From Lama guanicoe (Eukaryota): a stretch of DNA of 60,000 nucleotides. Made by a program: the position numbers and the translations under genes. The DNA is taken from contig MU053216.1 in assembly GCA_013239625.1 (NCBI GenBank), positions 684,001 to 744,000 on the forward strand, in the 5' to 3' direction. The notes beneath the pieces were generated by a model that saw only the letters and a program-made list of their open reading frames with translations, searched no databases and had not been told where the DNA came from. Below are positions 1 to 50,800 of the stretch, piece by piece (the first letter of the stretch is position 1; each line of letters begins with the position of its first letter).

Positions 1-2458
1 ATCAGCACCTCTCCCTCGCCTAGTACGACTCTTGTAAATGGCCTCAAATTCTCCTTTGGAAGAGGCAGGGCCAAAACCCTTCACCAGCCACTCACATCAA
101 AGGAAGGGCCAGGCTGGGGAGAGCCTTGGGGCACGCCAGACCTGCCCACCACGGGCTCCCGTGCGTCGGACAGCTGGCTACTCACTCCTGCCCTCCTCCT
201 GCTCCAATTCCCCACATCCAGATCTTATCTGTTCTGCTCATAACATCAGACCCTGAGGCCAGCTCAGCACGACCTGCTCTTCAGTCCTGTCAAGTATCGT
301 CTATTCAACTCGGTCACTCGCATCCGCCTGAGTCACGGCCGGCTCACTCCTCGCTGGCACCCCGGCCGAGGCAGGCGGCCTCTGCTGGACTTTGGCTCCC
401 ACCTGCCCTTCAGTTCCCTCCCGAGGAGCTTCCCAGGAAAGCCCTGGTGTCCCAGCTGCCGTCCCCCGGGTCTCAGAACAGCCGCATGTTACCATCATCC
501 CCCAGCTGTCTTCCCGGGAGCTTCCCCTCCTTCTAACCGAGCGGCTTGCCCTTCCGTGCTGAAGTTAGCTTCCTCTGGCCAAGAAGACAGGACACAAAAG
601 AGGAGCTAGAGTTCAACTGCCTGTCCCCACAGGGGCCTCCTTTCTGCTCGGACAACGGGCACCACCTCCCAACTCCCTCCCTCGTCAGTGGGATGGGATG
701 ACGCCCCCACGCATGCACCTGATGTAAAGGCAGATGGGACAGCGAATGTGAAAGCTCTGGAAACATGGGGCCATGCCTGAGCACCACGGGGTCCGAGACC
801 CTCTGCTCTCAGCCATGGCGTGTCCCGGGGCAGGGCTGGCCCCTAAGGGACGCTAGGACCCTTTCCTTCAGGATTCAAGATCTCGAGGCCCCTGGCCCAG
901 GGCCGACCTGGAGGCGGGGAGGAGTCGAGGCCCAGAGACGGTCTGGCACCAGACACGACTGCTTCTAACAGGTTGAGGCTGCTGGCATGAGACCGTTCTT
1001 TTGTGCCAAATCAGGGTTGGTTGACTTGACCTCTCGGAACCCAGCTGGCATTGCCTGGAGGTCCGCAACTGTAGAGGGAGCCTCTGGGCACCAGCCAGCC
1101 ATCACTCCCCCAGAATCCGCGGCTCCCCCTGCGCAGGGCAGAGGCAGTGCCGGCCTGGGGACCCAGCCACACTGTGAACACAGGCCCGTAGGCTATTTCC
1201 ACCCGCCCCCCGCCCCAGAGGTGGGGTGAGCAGCAGGGACACCTACTGGCCCCAGGGCACCACTGGCTGAAGTCCTTGGGCTCCCACAACAGTCCTGCAA
1301 GGGAAGTGCCCACAGGGGGCCCTTTCCTGGAAAACAGTCCAGTTCGCTTCATATTCTGGTTCCTACTTGTGAGACCACCAACCGAAAGAGACATTCTGTA
1401 GCTATTCAGAAAGGGCACTGGGTGTGGGCCCGACCGAAAGGAGCCGGCTCTCCCTTCTTCCCCGTGTTTCATCCTCATTCACCTTTGAATCCACAACAGA
1501 CTAAACTCCTAAGTAGGGGACCGCCCTCAGAGACGCCTGACTGGACACCACCCCGTCTCCGACGGTCATCTCGACAAGGCTTGCTGGAGCGCATGGGGGT
1601 CTGAGCGGCTCTACCTACTCCTCTCCGTGTCCGTGTCTTCCTTCTAAAAGGAATGGGAGGCAGAGGTGCGCAGACACCTTGCACCATGCGGACTAAACTC
1701 GTTTGTAAAGACTGCTTTACTCTCCCAGAAAAATACACGTTGCAGACCTGAGGGCTACACCTCAGCCACCGGGGAGGGTTCCTGAGGAAGCGGGCCCTCT
1801 GCACGTCAGACTGCGCGGCAATGTGGGGAGACATGTTAAATGTAGTTGGGTCAGGAGGGCTTAAAAAAAATGTTTTCCCCAATTTTTTTCTTTCTAAAAA
1901 AGGAAAACCAAGTTGCCATCTGTCTGGCTTGCCCTGTGCACACAGACACGGAGGAACAGCTTCAGGAGGGGCTGCCATGCGACGAGGCAGAACCGACGTC
2001 CAGGAGGAGAGGCCCCCGGGGCTCCTTCGTGTCGCTCCTGAGACCCCGGCGTCTGTGGCGGAGGGCGGAGGGCACCTTTGTCAAGGGTGTTCCTACCGGA
2101 CACGTCAGATGTCCTACGAAGGTAAACAGGTCTGTTTTAGAACATAAATGGTCCTGTGCTCCTGGGCCGGGGCAAAGTAATCCATGACACACACTCTTCC
2201 TGGGCAGCCTGTTTCCGGACTGGCCAGCAGAGGACTCTAGGAACAGAGGTGGGGGCCGGTCAGGGGGAGGAAGGTTCTTCGGGGGCCTCTGGAAAGGGCC
2301 CTTTGTCCCAGCATTCCTTAGCGACAGCACTAATGAACAGTCACTGTCACTCTGCAAAGGCCAAGGGCCGGGTCACGAGGCCACTCGAGGTTGAGAGAGA
2401 AGTGCATCTCACGGCCGGGAAGGGCTGCGAACCGGTGTGGCCGGGCTGGGGGGGCCAG

Positions 2459-40351
<37,893 letters not shown>

Positions 40352-41498
40352 TCAGAGGAAGGTCCTACGTTAAACCAACCTCTTTTCCCCTAACACAGAA
40401 GAACCGTTGGCCCAGGTGAGTCTTCATCTCCCAGCCTCGGGAATCCAAAGGGAGGGGGAAGAATCTGAAGTGGACTGGGCAGTGAGTTGGGCAGCGGCTG
40501 GCCAGGAGAGAGACTGCATGGGAAAGGGTATTCCCCTCAAGGCACTCATATGACTATTCGAGAGTAAGTCCTGTCAGATGAGAAAGTCATAAAATTTTTT
40601 GCAGAGAAATTATGGCTGCACATTTAAGGGGTGGAGGAATGAGTAGTTAATATGGTGTCCAGGGCTGGTCGTGGAAATGGCTCAAGGTGCAGACACTCCT
40701 CAGTACTGGAGCAAGTGCAGGATCACTGAGTGGGGTTAAGGGGCAAGGCAGGGTGGCCAGCACGTGGGGGCGGAGGGATGGAACTGCAGGTTGTTGCAGT
40801 GGGAGGTTCAGAGCAAGTAGCAACAGGCAATTCTTAGTAAGCTGTTCAGGTCCAAGCCTTAAAATGGTTTCCAGGAACTGTGACTCACTCCCAAGTGGCA
40901 AAGACCAGTTAGCAATTCCCACTCCAGTTTGGAGACTGGGGATGCTAGGCTGCTAACAACCAGGGATGAAGTCACCTCCTCTGAGTACTCTTCCAAAAGA
41001 ATGACTCCTTGTTTACTTTGAGGTGCGCTCTCAGCACATTTGCCACCTCCCTGTTACAGGGCAACTTCACGGGGGAGAAGACTGCCTCTCGGACCCCGCA
41101 ATTCCACAGCAGGGAATAGTCGGACTTCTTTTCCTTCTTTCCGTGGCCAGGAGAGGCAGAACTCCATTAGAACCGCTTCTTTTCCCAGGGGTTAATTCAG
41201 TTTTACCCCTGGAAGAAAACTTCGGCAAGTCCAGAGGGGGATATGTTTGCAAACATCGTGACGGTGGATGGAGGACTCAGGAGCACTGACCTCTGGCAAA
41301 GGATGCTGTGTCCACATGCAGGCAGGACCCCCCACCCCCAGAGGCGTTGAGAGACTCTTGCTTAGGGTTTGAGGGTCAGGTATCTCCAGGGAGGTGGGTC
41401 TTACCTCTGGGTTTGGCACATGACCTTCTAGATGGAGGAATGGAGACAGAAACCAGACAGAGGGAGCTAGAGAGAGCAGCGGACAACACAGGAAAAAC

Positions 41499-41504
41499 TT
41501 TATT
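41499..41504 (-). terminator. Candidate NAV1 polyadenylation signal AATAAA
   Basis: AATAAA followed on the minus strand by U/GU-rich sequence (GTTTTTCCTGTGTTGTCC...); a second AATAAA lies at 41642-41647. Confidence 0.6.
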
Positions 41505-43059
41505 GAAATGTAATAGCATCGAACAGGTGAATCTCGCTGGAAGGAGACATGCCTGACGGACAGAAGGTCCAGAGGAGGGGCCCTGGGTGGTGGAGAGAGG
41601 CCTCTTCCGCTGGCCCTCGCCTGGATTTCACTTTCAACCAGTTTATTAGATCAGACGAACCAGTGAGGGACGCCCAGCTCTCTGCTTGATTGTTACCGCA
41701 ACTATGTACAACGGCCGAGTCTCTCCATGAGATGATGTAAACGGGGGTAGATTGGAAGAGGGGAGGCCAAATGATAAAACACAGACACACAGACACACAT
41801 ACATCCTGGCTTGGGGGTCTGTGCCCAGTGAATGCAAGAAGTGTTGCAAAGACGCCTGCCCACCCACCACCTGAGAACCACCATGCATCTGAGATATAAG
41901 GACTCCATCCACGAATAGCGCTGCCTGAACCGGGATGGGCAGGAGGGAAAAGGAAAGGAGTCCAGTGGGGTTGGAATTCATTTAAGAAAAAAACTGTTCC
42001 GTTAAAAACAAAAACAAAAACACACGAGGAAGTGGGAGGCTCCTGTGCAGCGATGGCCCAGAGACCGGCTGGGGTCTGGGAGCTCTGGTCTTCTCAGCTG
42101 CATCTTCAGCCTTGGAGAAACGGCAGGGAGGCAGGGAGACCCCACAGGAGGGGAATGGAGGGGACGGGGGAGGGGGCGGTTTTAGTGCCACTGTCTCACA
42201 CTGGCCTTCCTCGGGCCTTAATCCCTCCTCCAAGTGCTTGGTTCCAGAGCTCAGGGCCCGAGTGCTAGCACGTTGCTTTGTCCTCCACCCTCAGGCTCTC
42301 TCACGGGGAAAATAGACACACTTGACAAAAAACCAGTTGTAAACGCCTCGTCTCCCCCATGGCTCCACCCGCTGGGGTCTGTGAGTTCAGAAGGATATTG
42401 AAGCTCCTTTCAGATTTTTCAAATACAGATTGGTCTCTGTCGCCGTGAGTAGTTGCGTCCAAGTCCTACGTCCCGGTGCAGGGAAAGGAGAGGAGGCCGA
42501 GGACTTGCTGCCCAAGCGCCCTGACCTCCCTCCTGCCACTGCCACGGAGCAGGGCCTGGGGGCCTGCCTTGGGGCAGGAGGTTCTGACAGGGTCTCAGAT
42601 CTGGCAGTGCCCTTTAGAACTCAAATAAGGGCGAGGGATGCGGCTCAGAGGACGAGCTGTCGTGGAAACATGAATTCGATTTGTAGGCTTTTCTCATCCT
42701 GTTACCTAACCGGGAAGAGGCTCAGAGTAGACACAAGTCCTCCGGCAGAAGAGCTGCCTGGAAAAGATCCTGACCGCTTTCTCCTGTTAAGCCCCTTAGT
42801 CTGCTTGGTAGAAATTTCACAGCCATGACATTTTTCTCCAGACTGTATTCAACTAGGAGACGTGGACATTCCCCTACCTTCTGCCCAAAGGCACACATAC
42901 CTTTTCGTGTGAAATAAAAGGAGAAGCAGAATCCTAAGGAAGCAGGAGAAAACTGACTTGGAAGATAAGGTTAAAGTCTGAAATATAACCTACGACCTTA
43001 TTTTTTGGTCCTAAAGCCCCAGGGGGGAGACTCCGATACCTGGCCTTCCTTAACACAGT

Positions 43060-43235
43060 GAATTTCAAACTGTGGGGTGCATCGGAGTTACCAAGAGGGC
43101 TCGTCAGAACAAGAACCACCCGGCTCTCTCCCCAGTTTCTGATTCTGTAGGTCTGGGATGGGGTCAGAGAATCTCATTTTTAACCAGTTCCCAGATGCCA
43201 ACACTGCTGGTCTGGAAACATCACTGCTTTAAGAA
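43060..43235. mobile_element. MER5A-like MITE in the NAV1 3' UTR
   Basis: CCCCAGTTTCTGATTCTGTAGGTCTGGGATGGGG...AGAATCTCATTTTTAACCAGTTCCCAG core. Confidence 0.7.
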
Positions 43236-46200
43236 CAGAGAGTTGAGTCAAGGGACCAAGTGTTCACTTACTTCCGTGACCACTCCTGTCACAGAAAACT
43301 CTCCAAGGCGTACCTAAGAAAAAGAGCCGGCACCTCGAACTGCGAGGACCTGGGACACACAGGTTTACTTTTCAACTGTACTGGTACTTCTGCAGCTTCT
43401 GGACTTCGGACTCTCCCATCTTCCCCGGGGTCTGTGGCTGGAGAGCTTGCTCCCAGGCCACGCTGAGCCGCATGCACACGTGGGCCTTGGCAGTGGGAGA
43501 GCCCAGCTGGTGGCCCCGGTACCCCAACCGGGTGGATTGAGGACTCGTGAATAAATAAAGCTGCTTGGATTACAAAGGCCGCTATCTTCGGGCTTGGCCT
43601 TCTGGGAACACCGTGTCCCTAACACCATTTTCTGACTCTTGGGGCTGCGGGCCAGAACTCACCAGTTGTTATCGGTCATCCTAAGAGTGTCCTTACTGTC
43701 ATTCTACTGGTAAACCCTCTGGAACAGCACATTTCATCCCAGGGGAGCCAGAGGGCTGGGGGATTCTGGAGTTTACTTACTGGCTTCAGCTTAGCTAAGG
43801 CCCAAGAGTATGGAAAGGAGAAAGTGTGATGAGACGGTAAGTTTGGTGGTCCAGATTATTCCAGCACTCGAGCCCCGTGTTAAACGTGTGGTCAGGACAA
43901 GAACGGCTTCCTCTCCCAAACACCTTGCAGGGAAGAGTCCTCAGGCCTGACTCGGGTCCCTCTGCGATCCTGGTTTGCAGGACCAGGCCGGGGCTTCCGT
44001 GTGTGGGCGCCACCCCGGTGACGACGCGCGGTGCTGCTGAGCAAGTCGCCGCTGCCCGCCCTTCCTGAACACGATGGGAGATGGTCAGTGTTCTCGCTAG
44101 TCCTGAGACTGAGCGGGTGTCTGTCTGGACTGTGTGCCCTGGTCTCAGGGAGACAGAAGGGAAGCGATGGTGACACTAGGCCCATTTGGAGTCTTGCCAA
44201 CCAGGAAAACCAGAAGGCAAGAAATAAAAACTGAAAATCACTGTTACGTCTTAAGTCCTTAAGGAGCACGGGTAGACTGGTCGTAAGGCCGGTAATTCAA
44301 AACAAAACCTGGCATCCCAACCGAGGAGGACTTCTGCTAGGGTCTTTCCAAAGACCTTGAGCAAATCCTTCCCTGCCAGCCTCTGGCTTCCCCGAGCTTA
44401 GACCACGTGAGAAAGACGTTGGTGGGAGAATCGCACACAGAGATAAGCACCGCAGAGCTGCCATGGAGCAGAGGTTTTTAAAGTCTGAAGCTAGGAAGAT
44501 AGGAAACAGCGACAAGAAACTGCTCTCGTGAGAGACACACACAGACATCAGGTCCTCTCTGAGCCGCCAACGACCTACTGCTTTATTTTTTGTGCTCAGG
44601 CAGGGGCCGAGGACACACACACTGGACAAAACACGCTGGTCTCCTGTGTCCAGAGACGAGGGGTGGCACCGGGCGCCCTCCTGGAGTCGCGGCCATCCCA
44701 GGGAGCGGGTGGCGGGGGGAGAAGCGGGTCATCTGCTAGCCAGCTTCAGTGAGGGGTGGAGCCGAGGGCTGAGAGGAGGGGGCACACGCCCCGTCCTAAG
44801 AGAGGCCGGACTCTTCTGAAGGTGCCCGGGGTTGAGAGTTCAGCCCTGGGACCCGGTTTTCCTTTTCCGAGAGATCCCAGTGGTCTCGCCCAAGAAGCAG
44901 GTGTGCAGGGGGAGCGAACTCCGTAGATCCGCTCCTGCCGGTGCTTCTGGGGCAGCGAGGGAGCTCACACCTCAGCCTCAGAGAAGCCTGAGCGAGCGTC
45001 CCGAGGGGTCATAGCACCAAGAGGGGGCCTGACCTTCTGCAGTTGCCGTGCAGCCACGATTCCTCAGGAGACGACTGATGCCCACAGCCACGGGCCAGGG
45101 CACAGCCTCAGCTGTAAACAGGCTCCCAGGCCCCCAGGGGAAAGCTGGGGCTGCAGTGCCACCTCCCTGGAGGGGGACACACCCCGGGGAGGGAAGCAAT
45201 GGGAACCCCGGGCTAAACGCAGTGGTTCACTGACAGCAGAGCGGTTGGGCCCAGGAATTGAGATGACCTTCAGAACCAACCTGCAGAGGACCCAGGTGAA
45301 ACCCACGGTGGTCGCCATGGTTACCAGGGAGGCAGGAATCGCTCTGGGGGAGTGTGAGGCAGTTGGAGTGGAGGAAGGGGTTCACAACCCTTTCCTTTTT
45401 CTCAAGTAGCCGCGACCGAAGGCACTGGCTGGGCAGCACCAGAGAGCAGAGTTAAGGGCTGGACCACCGGACGAAGACGGCTGTAGAAGCTGGAGTTGTG
45501 CTGCGTGGCTGGAGCTGAGGGCGGGGCAGGGAAGAGGCCTGCCCACCTCCCTTCCTTACAGATGGGAGCACCCCGCTCCGGCCTCCTCGTTCTGCACAGC
45601 AGAGGCCTTAAGGCAGTGATTTCAGCACCATCCTTGGACAAACGGCCTCTTCCCCGCAGAGCTGCACAGTGACAGCTGAGCTGGGCCCCTCACAGCTTGC
45701 AGGGCGAGTGGCAGCAGCAGTCGTGGTCTCTGGCCCAGTCCTCCCTGGGAGCTCCCAGGTGAATGCAGAAGCTTCTGGGGAAGCGATCTGGACCACCTTT
45801 GGGACCTAATGAAACTGTTCTGATGTGAAGATTCAGAGGCATCTACTCCTGGGTTTGGCGGGAGAGTGGTCCCGGTTCGTATGCCCAGAGGTTCTGACAG
45901 GGTCTTGTGCCACTTGGGGATCTGAGGAGCAGCCACAGGTGCAGGCCCCACACACACCCTGGTCTGCGGAGCCCCAGGCGTCAGCCTCGCCGGAGGCGCA
46001 GCCGAGCTCTGGCCGCACGGGGACTTTCAGAAGCAGCCAGATGTAGACTTGGCCGCTGGGGACGGGAGGTTCCACGGCCCTTCAGGCACCACCTGGACTG
46101 GTCCCAGCGCACTGGGCCTCATCACAGCCCCTGGGCTTCGGCTCATTTCTTGGATGACCCTGAAGGTTCAGGCGCAGGGGGGCGCGTGCTTAACGGAGGG

Positions 46201-47706
46201 TCACGTTTCCCGCCAGACTGAGCGGAAGGGCGCAAGTCTGTCTTCTTAACGTGTGATTGGTGTGCAGCAGGGGCCCAGGAAGGGCTTGTCGAAGGAAGGA
46301 ACTGAGACTGCCAGGCCTCCAGGGCAGCTTCTGCAAGAGGCGGGCCCCTTTGGAAGGCAGGTCTTTGCCACCAAGCCAAACTCATTGTGCCTTATATTGA
46401 GATTGGGAGCATCTCACACAGACAGCCACTCGCGAGCGAACATTCACTCTCCAAAACAGCAGGTCCAGCGCGGGGTGTGGATTCAGTCAGGCAGAGTGGC
46501 CGCCAGCAGACAGGGCAGTGAGGGCCACACAGGCCAGAGACAGAGCGAGGCTTCTAGTTTCCAGTTCTCCTCCAGTCTCTGGTGCAGCTCGGATCCGATG
46601 GTCTAGCAAGAGGGGGTGGTACACTCTCACGCCGAAGGCTGGCCGCCAAGCTCTGAGCTGGAACACATGCGTTCTCCGAAGGGAGGTCAGGGTTACTCTC
46701 CTCCCACTGCCGCTGAGCCAGTGCCTCACGTCCCACGAGGGCCCCCAGGATGCCAAAGATGGCAGCATGGTGGGTATCTAGCTGGTGCCAACCAGATGGC
46801 ACCCGACTCTGAAGAACGGCTTGGAAAAGCCAAACCAGCCCGTGGAAGAGCCGGGCAAGCACCTCGTGGACGTGTGGGGCAATGGGAAAAAACAAACCCA
46901 AAAAAGGAGAAAAACAGGCAAATGGGAGGAAAAAATGGAAACAAAATAAAAAACAAAAGAGCGGGGCTTACTGATGTCATGCATGTTAAGCCAGGGGGTG
47001 TGAGACAGGGCGGCAGTGCGGCTCCGAGGCTGTCACGGGACCTCTGTCGCTGGCGACTCCCCAGGCTGGCGTCCTCTCGGCTCTCGGCGTCCCCGTGTCC
47101 TCCAGAGGGCAGGGCGGGCAGCCCTCTCTCGACCTCAGAACCGGATTTCCTCTCCAGCTTCATCTTTTCCTTTTTCTGTTAAACCTTTTTAGATTGATTT
47201 AAACTTTTTGAAACCACATGCTTCTTTTTCTGGGCTCCGGCCGGATCTCTGGGGGAAGAGCTGTTGGCAGTGGTGGCGGAGTTGGGCAGGGTCCACAAGA
47301 AGTCCTGGAGCTCCTCCTCCCGTGGGCTCCCCGCGCGGCTGTGCCCTCAGCGCTTCTGTCAGAATCAGCACTGCTGCGGTTTGCTCTGAGTCTGAAGCCC
47401 TCCCCAGAAAGCCCAGGAGTTTGTAATCGAGACGAGACACCAGGGAGAAAGACCCAGAATCATCCTCCCCCCGTCGTGAGGAGGCCAGTGAACGCGCCTG
47501 GGCACGCCGGTTCCCAGACTCTGCCCACCGGCCCCACCAGGAAGTCCCCGAAGGTGCAGCACCAGGAGTGCCCCTCTCGCACCCCCTCCCCGTCCTGTCC
47601 TTGTGGCTGGGCAGCCAGTGCTCTGGAGTCTGGAGGAAGAGAGGGGAGAGGAGGCTGCGGGCGGCGGGTGCCACGTGCCGCTGTCCGCGTGGTGGCCGCT
47701 GGGCCC

Positions 47707-47802
47707 TCAGAGCGTTGCCTGGAGGTTGGGGTCCAGGATGCTTTCTCGGTCCGGAGACTCGATGTAATTGGCAGCCTCTTGAAGCTTCAGCAGCATGGCC
47801 AT
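47707..47802 (-). CDS. NAV1: NAV1 last exon (coding part, stop TGA)
   Basis: MAMLLKLQEAANYIESPDRESILDPNLQATL*. Confidence 0.94.
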   Translation of the reverse strand: MAMLLKLQEAANYIESPDRESILDPNLQATL

Positions 47803-50800
47803 CTACAGAGGGGCAAAAAGACGCATGAGGGCGGGTCGGGACTTTGTGTCCTGCCAGCAGAAGGGAAACATACAAAGTCAGATCAGGGGTCTGATCCTGG
47901 TTTGAAGGTGGAGCGGGGAGCCCAGGGGGCCTGGGGTGGGTCCAGAACCAGCAGCGACGACAGCTTTGACTCTATGTGCAGCCCGCATGTGGGGAACAGA
48001 TGCTGGGAGCGTCCGGGCAGATGGGCCGCGCTGTGACGCCGGGGGCGGCCAAAGGGCAGGACCACCTCGGCCTTCGAGGTTACACTGCGCCAATGCCAGC
48101 CGGTCCCGGGAGGAGCGCGGGAAGGGCCGAAAGAACGTCTCGCTGACCACCGCCCTGGCCGCACCCGCCGCTCCGCGGCTCAGACCCCATTGCTCCACGC
48201 CGAGGCTCAGCCCTGCCCTGCCTTCGCCTCCTGCCTGTTTTCCTCTGAGTTCCCCTCCCTGCTGCCAGCAGGGACTCTCCCTTCTGGCTAAGTGCGCCTG
48301 GCCCTGCTGTCCACACTTCTGTTTACGTGACTGTCACAGTCTCCCAGTTTTCACACAGATGACGTCTGTTTTCAATGAAGCCAAAATTTAAGTAAAACAT
48401 ACCATGACTAAAGGGGAAGAAATCCCTATTCAAAAGGTAAAACTGCAAGGCCATGGGATCTGGCAGGTCAGCTTTTAACACCATTCGCCAAATCCTCCTC
48501 CAAAACGGTCCTGCTAACAAACACTCCCCCAGCGGGGGGAAGGTCCCTGCACCCACACACAGCGTGTGCCAACGTGAGATGGTCATCTCCTTGTGCTAAT
48601 AGTGTTTCCTTGATCAGTAGAGAAGCAAAGGGGCTTCTGACGGTTTTCTTGGCCCTCTGCGTGTCCTCTGGTCCGCTGCCGTTCATTTCCTTTGTCCGTT
48701 TTCCTGTCTGGAAGTTTGGGGGACGCGTCGTGGATAGTAGGTGTTAACGCTCATTTGGTTGCAAGCACTGGTTCGTCTCGTATCTCAGCCTGCCCCTGCC
48801 CCCTCAGGTCGCTGGGTGCAGCGACCCGCAGGACGCCCCCAGGCTAGAGGCGTAGGGAAGGCAGGTGCTAACGTGTCCGCTGCCCGGCTGCTCTGCCCGG
48901 ACCCGGTCTCCACCAGGGGCACGCGCCCCGCAGACAGCCCTAAGCTCCTGCTTAGCTGGGCCAGGATCCTCCCACGTGGTGAGAACGCCGGCTGGGCACG
49001 CTGGCCTCAGGCTCATCCCGGCCTCCAGGCCCCATTGGGTGTGCCCAGAGGGTCCAGTTCTGAAATCCTCTGATTTCTATGTTAAAACAGCTTCTACTCA
49101 CCAGAGGGTCTGAGTCCAGGGAACTTGGGGTGCTGTCCTTGACCGTCCTGTCCTCGGGGGGTGATGCAGTGCTGTGAGGGCCTATGGTGGGTGGGGGCAG
49201 GTGGTACAGCTTTGACTGGTCTTGCTGGGCTGACGGCCAGGGGAGCGTGTCCCGGACCCACTCCACGGGGTCCTCCCAGGCGGCTTTCTGCCCGTGAACC
49301 TGGAGAGAAGGAGAAATGTGATCAGCGGGGGAGGAAGCCTCAGGTGAGAGGCTCGTCCACGGGGTCTCGGATGGTGAACCTCCTCAAGCGTAAAGCCTGA
49401 GGTTCAGGTCCCCACGGGTTTTCTCTGAGTTTCCCAACAAGGGGTAAAATAAATCGGGGTGAGTCAGCAAAACCATTTAGGACGATAAACTGGCACGCTG
49501 CGTTAAACCTAACGTGTACGATTCTTGCGACCCCACAATTTTACTTTTCAGGGAAGAAATTATTCCAGTTTAGTAATAATACCTTTTAAAAGAAATTTCG
49601 GCTTTGTTGAAAACATGTTGTCTGCATAAAAATGCTTTTAAGTTGGAAAAGTATTAATGACAACGCAAAAGTAAGTGAAACCATGAGTCCTGGCATCAGT
49701 CTGCTAGGTAGCCTCTCCAGGAATCTCTGGTGTCCCCAGGAGGCACCTGTTACAGTGACACACAACTTTACGTGCAGCACAGACCCACGGGCGCAGTCAT
49801 GGAATCTGGCTCCTGACAGCGGGGTGGACGTCAGTGTGACCACGCCTCCTTTACAGGTGAGAAGACCGAGGAGGTTTAAAAAAGTGACATCTTCCTTTTG
49901 CACAAAGTTCATATTGTCACTTTTTACAATGTTTTCACATTATTTCATTTGCCTTCAAATGCCCCCAGTGATTCAAGCAGGGCAGAAATTATATTACCTC
50001 CTTTTTTACATGCGAGAATATTTAAAAGGTGCGGTAACTTGGCCCAAGTAACATTTTTATCAGCAGCTGGTACTGAGCTAAGGCTATAACAGGCTTTCCT
50101 TCCTTCTCTGCTCGGTTATTTCCCCATTGGCTCTGAGCCCTCGAGAGCGGTCTGAGTTTGGGGGAGGGCCAGAGGGCCTTGCACTGGACACGTGGCCCCA
50201 GGGGCAGGGGCATTCAGCCCTGGCTGACCAGTCTGTCCAGCGCCTGTCCCTAAGGAGGCCTCTGTGGTCTGAGCAGCCTGGGGTCCGACACTGAAGAGCT
50301 GCGTCTGCTTTGCTGGGTGGGGCGGCCTGGCCTCTGGGCCGGGGGGGGGTCAGGATGGGGCCCACCTTGATGCCGTCCTTGGCCCCCTCCTGTAGGTAGG
50401 GGATGATGGAGTTGTTCCACAGGTCGATGAACCAGGTGCGGAAGTCTTCGATGCCGATGGGGCAGGACAGGAAGAAGCAGGGGCCTGTTGGGGGGACAGG
50501 CCGTGAAGACAGCTGACAGCCCCTCCCCAGCCATTGCCTGACTCCCAGCACTGGGCAGAGGGTCAGAGAGCCCAGGGCTGGGGGCAGCTGAGACCGCTGT
50601 GCAGACCCCGGGAGCTGCTGCCTGGCTGGCAGTCTCAGAAAGGACGCTCCCAGGGGGCGTGAGGGGAGGGGCGAGGGCAGCTTTCATCTCCCTCCGAAAT
50701 GCTGTCTCCCTTCCTCCCCTTGAACTGGGGAAAGTGAGGGGGTCACCCCCCAACAGCGGCCCGTGGTGCTGACAGCGCCGGGGAGGTGAGGGAGGAAGGA

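Larger units (their letters stand above)
41480..47706 (-). other. NAV1: Probable long NAV1 3' UTR (~6.2 kb)
   Basis: Lies between the stop codon and the AATAAA signals at 41642-41647 and 41499-41504; contains U-rich blocks. The 3' end is inferred. Confidence 0.6.

Noticed and set aside
47189..48036. 228-aa minus-strand and 272-aa plus-strand ORFs over the NAV1 last exon, and possible stop read-through
   Set aside because: Alternative-frame or antisense GC-rich ORFs with no domain; the stop context TGA-GGG is not a known read-through motif.
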